Assembly: GCA_001275005.1 (NCBI GenBank)
Contig: JWZX01003120.1
Coordinates: forward strand, 1-33,579
Source of the DNA: Chrysochromulina tobinii
Taxonomy: Eukaryota
Direction: 5' to 3'
Length of the DNA: 33,579 nt
Below, piece after piece: positions 9,201 to 18,953 of this stretch. A program made the translations under genes and the position numbers. Numbering within the stretch: position 1 is the stretch's first letter; every line of letters begins with the position of its first letter. The notes beneath the pieces are model-generated. The model saw only the letters and a program-made list of their open reading frames with translations. It ran no database searches and was not told the DNA's origin.

Positions 9201-12200
9201 CGTCTCCGCAATCACAATTTGATTTGGTAGATTGTTGACCGCCATAGACCAGATCGCAGAGGCCATCTCTTTCTGAACCTTAGCCGACTCCAGGGCCTTT
9301 GCCTCCAAAGCCAGACTTTTGTCTTCAACCGGCTCAGACGGGAGAATCGGGATTTCCCTGGTTCCTGTGCGCAACCTGAGTCTCGGAGGCTCCAGGGGCT
9401 TAGACTCCTCCATGGGCTTAGACTCCGGAGGCTTAGACTCCATGGGAACGCCACCTTCTCTGATGTCGAGCAAACTAACGAGGAGCTGGATACCTCCTGC
9501 TACTGCAATTGCATCTTGGTTCGAGGGGTGCGCGCGCGCTAGGCGCGAAATGCCACGCGCAGCCTTGGCAGAAGTTTGCTTGTCTGTTGAGCCGAGCAGC
9601 TCAACGATCAGCGTGGCAATCGAGGATTCATTCACCTTGTTGTCCAACGCCAAGGCTGCGAGCGCACCCGCGGATTGCTCCTGCGCTCGAGTGCTAGCCA
9701 GACCCAAACATGCCACAAGCGGTGCAATCCCACCCGCCTGAGCCACGGCCACCTGGTTCTCGTAGTGCTTCTTCGCGAGCGACATGAGGGCTGAGGATCC
9801 TTGCTCCTTGGCGTATTCGGATGTGTCCTCCTTTAAGAGGCCAACCAGCGGTGCAATACCTCCATCCGCAGCCAACTTATCCTGGTTTTTCCTATTGTCG
9901 AGCGCAAGCACGGCAAGAGCAGCCGCTGCCTCTGCACGAACCTCGTCGCTGATCGATGCACCCAGGAGACCGACGAGCTTGCCAATACCCATGAACTTCT
10001 CCACGGCATCCTGATTCTGAAGCATGTCTAAGCTGAGCGCCGCGATGGCGCCCGCCGCCTTTTTGCGAGCGAGGTTATGGTCTTCACCAAGCAAAGCCAC
10101 AAGGGGTTTGATAGCGCCGGCCTCTGCGATGAGCTTCTGCGTCTCCGGATTCCCTGCACTGAGACTGTGGAGCGCGCCTGCCGCCTCTGCCTTTGCATCT
10201 TGAGTGCCTTGGGTCAGGAGGGCAATGAGGGGTGCGACGGCGCTTTCATTAAGAATCACGTTGCGGTTGCGCTTGGAATGTCGGCCCATATCTGCGAGCA
10301 CCGTCGCCGCATGAGCCTGTCCGCTGGTCGAGTCTGATGTGAGCAGCGCCACCAGCGGTCGGATACCGCTGGCCGCCGAGATGGCGGCAACGTTCTCATC
10401 AGAGTCACCGGAAAGACGAGCAAGGACGGCGGCTGAAATCTCCTGCGCCTTCATTGATGTCTGGGCGCCTCCTCGCAGCTGAATAACAAGGCGAGAGATG
10501 GCACCAGCCTTTGAAATGGCAAATCGATTAACATCATCGTACGACAACGTAAGGAGCAGTTGCGTCACGTGCTCCTGTGCCTCGATCGATCCAGCCCCAA
10601 GGAGCGCCACGAGGCCACTTGCGATAGCCAACTGATTTGCAGGAGAGGCGAGAGAGAGAGTTGACAGCGCCTTTGCCGCTTCCTTTTTGACCTCAAGTAC
10701 GCCGTTACTCAAAAGGTTCACGAGGGGTGAGATGGCACCAGCATTGACGATGATTCCAGGCGAGCCTGGATGGTTTGCAGCCAAATCACAGACCGCATGA
10801 GCGGCTCGTCGCTGGGCGCCTGCGCTCTGGTTGCCCAGCAAGCCGACGAGATACTTTGCAATCTGAGCTTGATTTTCAGCGCTGTCGATGGCGAGACGAG
10901 CGAGCGCATCAGCCGCAAGGCTGTGCGCCTTCGGCGTCCCATCGTCCAGAACCGTGACAAGCGAAGGAACGCCGTTGAATTTAGCGATCTGCATCTGGTT
11001 GCCGGTGTCCAGTGCTAAATGCCACAGCGCTCCAGTGGCATTTTCCCGTGCCTGCGCCGTGCCACTGCTGAGTAATGCAATGAGGGGTTGGATGCCTCCA
11101 GCCTCGGCAATTTGCTCAAGGTACGGCGAGCCGAAGTCATCTTCGTCCTCCTTCTTTTGCTTCTCCTTCTTCTCCTTCTCGGACGGAGGGTTCGCCGCTT
11201 CAGCGGCAGCGGCTTCAGCAGCGACCTTCGCTAGAATGTCAGCGTACTCGGCCGCCTCAGCATGGAAATGCTTGGCTTTGAGTGCATTCCTCTTTCCTGC
11301 CGCCGCAAGTTTCTTCTGCTGCTCGACCCACTCCGCAATTGCGCCACGCCCAAGATCCATCAAGCCGGCGGCCGCGTATTCTTGCGCCTTGGGTGATCCG
11401 CTCTTGACAAGCATGACGAGATCAGGTATCGCACCGCAGTTGATAAGCGCCATCTGGTTGCTGTTCTGTTCAGCCAAGTGCCATATGGCACGCGCACCGT
11501 GCTCCTGGCCAAGTGGCGTCCCCGATCGAATGAAGGCAAGCAACGGAGGGATTCCACCATCACCAATGATTAAGTCCTGCATGTTGAAATTGTCGTGAGC
11601 AATGTCAGCCAAGGCCGCCGATGCATGCTCTTGCATGGCACTGCGAAGGGTAGACTCTGGTGGTAGAGGTCCACCGCCCTTGTCCTTCTCGTCAATGACG
11701 TGAGGCGGCATAATCCAAGTTTTCTTCTTCTTGATTTCGGTAGTCTTGATCGAATTATCGAACAGGTTGGAGCTATCAAGCAACGCAATGAGCCGCTGCA
11801 AACCGCCCACGGTGTGGATCACTGCACGCCGCGCCGCGCAGCCGTTGATCATATCTTCGGGTCTGATGTCCTCCACCAGAGCCTTTCGACGTTTGCGAAT
11901 ATTTCGAGCTCTCTCACTGTTGTCCTCTGGATCGATCCACTCGTCCTCCATGTCCACGTCTTCGCGACTTATGTGAGCGATCGCACGTGCCGCAGTCTCC
12001 GGCGTGCCAACCGTCGAAGAATCCATCAGGTGCACCAGAGGCTCTATGCCGCCGGCACTAGCGATCACGTCGCGGGTCTTAGATACGAGTGCAATCTCAG
12101 CAAGCGCTGAGGCTGCTTGCTTCTGCGCACCGGGCGATGCGTGGCTGAGCAGCTTGACCAGGGGCTTAATGCCACCAGTCTCCGCGATGTCCATGGCCAC

Positions 12201-15200
12201 TGCCGCGTTGGATTGCGCAAGTCGGACCATGACGAACGCCGATAATTCTGGTAGGATATCACCCTCAGCAGCCAGCATGCTGACCATTGGCTTGAAGCAT
12301 CCTGCCTCGACGATTAGCGGATGGTTCTCCTCCTGCGAGGCCAGGTGCCAGATGGCGCGGGTAGCATGCTCCTGCGCGGCAGGTGTGCTCCGCTTCATGA
12401 GTGCGACTAGCGGTGGAATCGCGTCAGACTTTGCAATTAGCTGTTGCGTGGTAGTATTATTCTGCGCCAGGCAGAACATGGCGTGCGCCGCGTACGCCTG
12501 AACCTTGCCTGACGCGGCCTGGAGACACTGAATGAGCGGCGGGATCCCGCCAATCTTGGCAACGGCAACCTGATTCGAATGATGATCATTGAAAAAGGAC
12601 GAGCACGTCATCAGCACGCGCGTGGCTTTCTCAGCTGCTTTTGCTTGCGACGATCCTAGCAAGCCTACCAGACGCTTGGCGATGAGCTGCCGATTGTCTG
12701 GATGTTTGAAGGCGAGTGCCGCAAGCCCACCTGCAATACACATTTGCGACTTTTCGCTATCGGATGTGATAAGCAGGCCAACAAGTGGGTCGATGCCACC
12801 GAGCTTTGCGATTGTGTCCTTGTTAGGCGCATTGTCAGTCGAGAGCGCCCACAGTGCCGAAGCTGACTGATCTTTGGTCTCCGCAGAACCTTCACGCACG
12901 AGGGCGCACAATGGCGCGACTGCACCTGTTTTTGCAATGGCTGACTGATTGGGCTGGTTGCCACGCGCCAAGTTGGCTAGCGCACCTGCGGCGTTTGCTT
13001 GCATCTGAGCTGATGGGGAGCCGAGCATCGCAACCAGTGGAGCAATCGCGCCTTCGGCGGCGATGGCTTCCTGGTTCTTCTTATTGCCCTTAGCCATCTC
13101 CTTCACAGCCTCAGCGGCGAGCGTGCAAAGCTGGGATGATGGCCGAATCCTTCATCGTGGCACCCGAAAATCCGAGCAGCACGTTCACCAGCTTAGGGAT
13201 GCCGCCAGCCCTAGCAATCTGGCTTTGGTTCTCTTTAGACCTACGACAAAGCTGCTTGAGCGCACCGACTGCGTTCTCCTTGGCTTTGGGGCTAGAGTGT
13301 CGGTCGGCGTCGAGCAGGGCGAGGAGCGGCACGATGCCATTGGCGTCGACAATCGTCTTGCGGTTGTCCTCTGACTCGCGAGCGAGGTTGGCGAGTGCTG
13401 CGGCGGCCTGCTCCTGAGCTGCGTTGCCAGAATCTTGGAGCATGTCGACCAACTTCTTGATAATCTGCACGCGATTGCTGGTTTCAATCGACAGTCGCAC
13501 CAGTGCACCCTCGGCGTGCTCTCTTGATCGTGGGTTGGGGCAGCCGAGCAGCATCACGAGCCAACCGATGCCGTCCGCCTCTGTGATTCCGAGGCGGTTA
13601 CGTTCGTGATCAGCGAGTGCGAAGAGGGCACCTGCAGCCTCCTCCTGCGCTTCTAGGCCCTCTTTGCCATCGAGGAGCGCGACGAGCGGCGCGATCGCGC
13701 CCGCCTCCGCGATTGCAGTCTGAGTCGCCTCGTGCTCCTTGGCCAGGCGTGCGAGCGCCATCGAAACGAACTTCTTGGTGTGGTGTCCATCGTCCTCGAG
13801 GAGGAGCACGAGTGGACGGATACCACCCATACCGACAATCTCGTCGCGGGCCGCGGTGTCGACTGCCAGATCGGCGAGGGCCGCGGCAGCGTTCTGTCTC
13901 ACAAGCTCGGAGGACGATGGGCCAGGAACGAGCTGCCGAATAAGCGGCTTGATGCCGCCTTCCTTAGTGATCTGCGACCGCGTGTCATCGTTGTTGTGCG
14001 CAAGCTTGGCCAGAGCAGCTGCCGCCTCCTCTCGGTTTCTCACGCGATAATCGTCGAGCTGTTTGATGAGCGGCGTCACCCCGCCGGCACTGGCGACGAC
14101 GCCTTGAATGGGACCGCAGATTGAGAGGCTCAGCGACCACAGTGCATAGTCCTTTGCCTCAGGGATGCCCGCCTTGAGAAGATCGACGACAGGCTCGGGC
14201 TCGCCTGCATCAGCGATCGTTTGGTGTGAGGATGGATTCTCGGCGCGAATCGTCTGTAGCACTTGCACAGCACGCGTTTGCCCATCTTTCGTCCCTAGGG
14301 ACAACAGCTCGATGAGCAGCCGCGTAATCTGTATCAGGTTGTCTTGGTTCTCGAACCCGATGCTTGCGAGAGCCTTGGCGGCGTGCATCACCGCCAAACC
14401 TTCGCCAAGGCCAAGGAGCTCCACGAGAGGCTGGATGGCCGACGCTCCGGCGATGGAGATTTTGATCTTGGGGTCCTCAGACATCGACCAAAGTGCGCCC
14501 GCCACGTGAGATTTCACCTCAGCGTGTTGGCTGTTCTTGATGAGGCCTGCGAGCTGGGAGATGCCGCCATGGTCAACGATCGACGTCTGGATGCTGTGGT
14601 TAGAGCGTGAGACTTCTGCGAGTGCGAATGCCGCCTGCGTCTGCACGTCTGGACTAGAGCTGAGGCCGAGGTGGGGGATGATAATCTTGACCCCACCCAA
14701 CCTCGCGATAAAATCCTGATTCTCACGGTTGTCGTGTGCGAGTTGTGCGAGGGCCCCCATCCCACGTGCCTGCGCGGCAGGGCTGCGCGACGCAACCAGC
14801 GAGAGCAGCGGACTGATGCCACCGGCTTTGGCGACAGAGTCTTGCACCTCTTTGTTATGCCACGACATTTCTGCGATAGCAGCTGCTGCTTTCACCTGAG
14901 CGTCGGTGTTGACTCCGTTGAGCAATGACAGGAGCGGTGCAATGCCTCCTGCGGCACTGATCTCGGTTTGGATGGCTGGATTCTTCCGGGCGAGTTGCGC
15001 CAGCGCGTGTGCTGCAGGCATTTGAGCCTTTCCGACAGACAGCAAATTAAGCAATAGCTGGATCGCGCCCGCCGCTGCGATGGCGTCCTGTCCTGCCACC
15101 TTGTCGAAGGAGGCGATGTTAGCGAGTCCCTTTGCAGCCGATGCCTGTGCGACAACGGATCCGCCCTTGATCATGGCGACTAATGGGGTTATGCACCCTG

Positions 15201-15786
15201 CGTCGGTCAACATCCTTTGGTGCCCGATGTCATCATCGATCGCAGCAAGGGCTGAGGCAGCCTGTGGACGCACGCACAATCACCAGCAGTCACGGCGCAG
15301 GTCAGATGTGAGTTGGGAGCGGCAGGCTGCTGAGACACTGAGGTGCAAGCAGGCTGGAGTCGTTTATCTCAGGCTGGAGTCGTTTATCTCGAGGCGTTGC
15401 CCGCTCACCTGCTCCTGAGCCTTGGAGCTGCCCGTCTTCAGGAGCTTCACAAGCGGCAAAAGAGCGCCCGCCTCCACGATGGCAGCTTGATGGCTCACCT
15501 TGTGTTGCGCGATCTCGCTCAGCGCACTGCAGGCTGACGTCTGTGCGTCCGTACTGCCAGACGACAATACACGGACCAGGGGGCCGACGGCTCCACAAGT
15601 AACGAGCGCGTCTGCGTGCTCGCGATGGCCTTGCTCCGCGAGGCTCTTGAGCATCGCTGCGCCACCCTCGACAATGCTGCTGTTAGGATCGGAGAGTTTC
15701 TTCACGAGGTCTTTGATCAGAGTTGGCACATCTCCAGCTTTGGCAATATCCTGAGCGGTGATGCGAGTATTTCCTTTACGGACCAT
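6228..15786 (-). CDS. Giant armadillo (ARM) repeat protein, Vac8-like repeats, ~3,136 aa; join(15786..15409, 15261..6228) with a 1-nt frameshift at ~13134
   Basis: Dozens of ARM repeats (GGIPPLVxLL...AQExAAxALxxLA). Exon 1 ends KAQEQ|GTGAG, and intron 15408-15262 ends CCACAG|GCT, which rebuilds KAQEQ-AASALAAI. The ORFs 13111-15279 and 6228-13106 join by deleting one base of the GGG at 13133-13135, giving DSAII-QLCTLAAEAVKEMAKGNKKNQ. Confidence 0.9.
15262..15408 (-). other. Spliceosomal intron (147 nt, GT-AG, phase 0) of the ARM gene, containing a 20-bp tandem duplication
   Basis: Donor GTGAGC and acceptor CCACAG; splicing restores an ARM helix; aggctggagtcgtttatctc x2 at 15351-15390. Confidence 0.85.
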
Positions 15787-16222
15787 GCGAACGAGCGGCT
15801 GACCAAGCTCGTGAGCACCCGCGAGGGGACCACCCCGTCCAGCTCCAGGAGCGAGCGAGAGACGAGGTCCAAAGTCGTTTTCAATACTGTACTTCGATCG
15901 CGCGCCGTCGTGGCCGCACGCGTAACGAGCCTACTGAAGGAAGAAATCAGTCAAACATAGTAAGCTGTAAGGGTGGTCCAGAGGTGTGGCTACGTGAGTT
16001 CCAACCCCCTTTTGCGCACGTCGCCCGGACGCGCGGACGCAGAGACGCCCGCCGCGCCGTGCCTCTCCAACGGATGCCAGTAGTGAAGTCTAAACTAAAC
16101 AGGCCACCAGATCATTACACAATGCGCAATCGGGACACTTGCCCGATTAGGGAGAGGCCCGTCGCCCCGCGACGCTCCAAGACGCTTCAGAGCGGCCCCG
16201 CGCGCAATACTGCACGAGGAAA

Positions 16223-16786
16223 ATGGCCGCCGAGAAGATTGTGGTGCCGGGCGACAAATTGCCGGCGAGTACCTCGGCTGACGCCGGTTCGACGTTTGTG
16301 TGGGACGGTGCGCTGCGTGCGTCGGTGGCTGGAATCGCTACAGGCAGCAGCGTGCGGGCCAGCCGCAAGCGGTCCGCCGCGGCGTCCTCTGTCCTGAGCG
16401 TGGGCGACACTGTTGTGGGCCGAATTACGCGCATCACGCCGCGGCTGGCACATGTGGACATCCTCTCACTTGGCATCGATGCTCCACTGCGTGATCCGTG
16501 CGCCGGTATCCTTCGACGCGAGGACGTACGTCCCGCAGAGCACCGCACCGCTGAAATGCTCGAGATGCACCGGTGCGTGCGTCCAGGCGACGTGGTGCTT
16601 GCGGCCGTGCTCTCGCTCGGCGACTCGCGCGCGTACTACTTGAGCACCGCAGCTAACGACCACGGCGTTGTGATTGCCAAGAGCTCGGAAGGAGCGACGA
16701 TGAAACCGGTGTCATATTGCGAGATGGAGTGCCCGGTGAGTCACGTGCGCGAGAAGCGCAAGGTCGCCAAGCCGCCAGGCATGTAG
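16223..16786 (+). CDS. CSL4: Exosome complex component CSL4 (EXOSC1)
   Basis: IVVPGD N-terminus; S1 domain VGDTVVGRITRI...GILRREDVR...RPGDVVLAAVLSLGDSRAYYLSTA.NDHGVVIAKS; C-terminal EMECPVSHVREKRKVAK. Confidence 0.93.
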   Translation: MAAEKIVVPGDKLPASTSADAGSTFVWDGALRASVAGIATGSSVRASRKRSAAASSVLSVGDTVVGRITRITPRLAHVDILSLGIDAPLRDPCAGILRREDVRPAEHRTAEMLEMHRCVRPGDVVLAAVLSLGDSRAYYLSTAANDHGVVIAKSSEGATMKPVSYCEMECPVSHVREKRKVAKPPGM

Positions 16787-17666
16787 TCTCCAAACTTAAA
16801 AAGGAAAATCACCGAAACCTCATCACATTTGCACGTGCAGGCCCAATGCACCACAAGGAAAGGATGCCCCGCGCGCGCCGCGCCCGATGCCGATCGACCC
16901 CGGTCCCGCGGCCAGACCACGGACCACGTGCACCAGCTTGGGCTGCGGCGGATGCTGCGTGGGCGGCAAGCCTGACAAGTGCTTTGAGGATGGCGTCTCC
17001 ACTAACCGTCGGCACAGTGCGCGTGCGCCACGCGCAACCGACGCGCGTGAGATGACTTGTGAGATGAGTTGAGATGAGGACGCGGCGCGACCTCCAAAGG
17101 GCGTTGGCGGCTCCTTGTGGCGGTCGTATCCATCTAGGCATCTGAAGGCGGTGACGGCCGAAGAGAGTGCGGTCGGGGACCATGTACCTGACGTGCACGG
17201 GAGCACGGCGAGCCGCGTCGACAATTGCGCGTCGACGAGCCGCGCGGTCGACGGTGCAGCCGTGCAGGCTGCCCGAGTGACCCGGGGCGGCTTTGCCAAG
17301 GAGGCCCGGCGCGCTCGCGCCGGCGTCGCGCACCATATGGACATGGCGTCGTGGTGGCTGGTGAGACACGACGTCGTGACCGGGGCGCGGGGGCTGGGGA
17401 GTCGGCCACGCCCTCCCTCTGAGGGGAAGGCGGTGACGGTTAATGACGGTTAGAAAGTACCTGCGCGTGGAGCGGTTGGCAATTGGGTGCAGCTTGCTTG
17501 CTTGGGTGCAGCAGGGTGCGATCGCGCTCGCAGAGATACTGACGAAACGGACGATTCCGTTTTCCCCAATAGAGGTTCCAAAACCTCCGAGATCCGCTCG
17601 TCTCTGTTTTCAACGCATCCATCCACATTGTGGCGCCAACGCACGCCCACAGTCCATTTGTCTCAG

Positions 17667-18383
17667 ATGGGCCCTCCCGCCTTCATGGGCATGGCCTGGC
17701 TCGTTCCAGTCGTGTACGCCGCCGATATCACCGTCATACATACTGCCAGCACGCAAGGCGGCTTAATCTCGGTCGTCGCCGCCATGTTTATCGTCGCGTT
17801 TGCGGTGTCAACCCTCCGAATGCCGTCGGAGGCTGCTGTGGCCGTGCATGAAAGTGCTGTCGTGCCGTCGCTCTCAGTTCACGCACCCGAGTCATTGCCT
17901 GCTCTGCAATTGCCTGCTCCATCGCAGCCACCTTCGCAGCCACCTTCGCCGCCCACACCACCACCGCCCCTAGAGGAGGCTGTACCCCAGCCCGTCACTT
18001 CACAACAGAAGGTCGGGCTCACGATGAGCTTATTAGAGGCGGAGCGCTTATTTGATGAGGAGCAGCGCCTGCTCGAGGCCTTTGGCATCGACGAGGCCGA
18101 GGAGGCGGAGGGCATCTCGGCGGATGACATCGCCGCCTTTAAGGCGGCGCACGGCGGGCATCGGCGCACGGCCAGCGGCAGCGTGAAGGAGGCGCCGCTG
18201 CTGAGGTACAAGGACAGGGCCGACTCAGAGCCGCTGTGCGACGTCATCTCGCGCTGGCAAAAGCAATCGCCAACCAGCGCCTCGCTCACCAGTGAAGACA
18301 AGGATTCGCAACGCCTGATGCGCCGTCCGTCCCGAAGCAGCAGTAAACGCCACAACAAGATACAAGAACTGGTGAGGCGCTGA
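17667..18383 (+). CDS. Hypothetical membrane protein with Pro-rich and acidic regions
   Basis: ATG 17667; two hydrophobic segments (MAWLVPVVYAA, LISVVAAMFIVAFAVST); poly-Pro; coding-like codon usage in the 3' half; no recognisable family. Confidence 0.55.
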   Translation: MGPPAFMGMAWLVPVVYAADITVIHTASTQGGLISVVAAMFIVAFAVSTLRMPSEAAVAVHESAVVPSLSVHAPESLPALQLPAPSQPPSQPPSPPTPPPPLEEAVPQPVTSQQKVGLTMSLLEAERLFDEEQRLLEAFGIDEAEEAEGISADDIAAFKAAHGGHRRTASGSVKEAPLLRYKDRADSEPLCDVISRWQKQSPTSASLTSEDKDSQRLMRRPSRSSSKRHNKIQELVRR

Positions 18384-18703
18384 AGCGAGTACGTGTTCCA
18401 GCCCCCTTGCGGCCTCAACACTACTTCAACGCTTGGTGTGCTCGACCAAGTGCAGAGGTGCCATGACCTCAGCCCAACCATGGGCTACTCGTCACTGCTC
18501 TCGAGCACAAACCATAACGACGGAGCGCGCGCTTGGCGTGGGCACGCATGTGTGTGTCATTAGAATCTTGTTCCGCGCGGCGGCTCGATTGCTGCCGAAT
18601 GGTGTGTATCATATCATGCGTTTAGAGTGCTTGCACAAGAGCTAGTGTAGTAGTGGATGCCCGTGTATCAGAAATTTGGCTGTTTTATACAGGGTAACAG
18701 GCA

Positions 18704-18931
18704 CGCGTGAGACCAGGATGGTCTCACCCCTTTAAGTGAGGGAATACACACCACCAAGTGTCGGCGGCATGCCTGGCATGCATGCGGGCTGTGTGAAGGT
18801 TGTTTCCTAATTTGTGTTTGACAGAAACCGTGGAAGCGCACTCCGCTCTCCCCGTCAACTTTGACGTGGCCGAGTCGATCGCACGGCCAACAAGGGGCTG
18901 CGGCGTTCAGTGGAACCCACAGTGTCAAGCG
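18704..18931 (+). repeat. 5' LTR (228 bp)
   Basis: CGCGTGAGACC...CAGTGTCAAGCG; aligns with 25843-26071. Confidence 0.88.
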
Positions 18932-18947
18932 TGGTAGCTACGTGGAG
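18932..18947 (+). promoter_or_regulatory. Primer-binding site (TGGTAGCTACG...), probably for initiator tRNA-Met
   Basis: Begins with TGG directly after the 5' LTR. TGGTAGC is complementary to the ...GCUACCA 3' end typical of eukaryotic tRNAiMet. The full match length cannot be checked without the host tRNA. Confidence 0.7.
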
Positions 18948-18953
18948 CTAAAA

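Noticed and set aside
16887..17453. Two plus-strand ORFs in the same frame separated by one TGA (17070-17072), a possible selenoprotein
   Set aside because: The TGA lies in a GAGATGA micro-repeat with no CxxU/UxxC context, no recognisable fold and no SECIS that I could identify. Several frames on both strands are open here and none is convincing.
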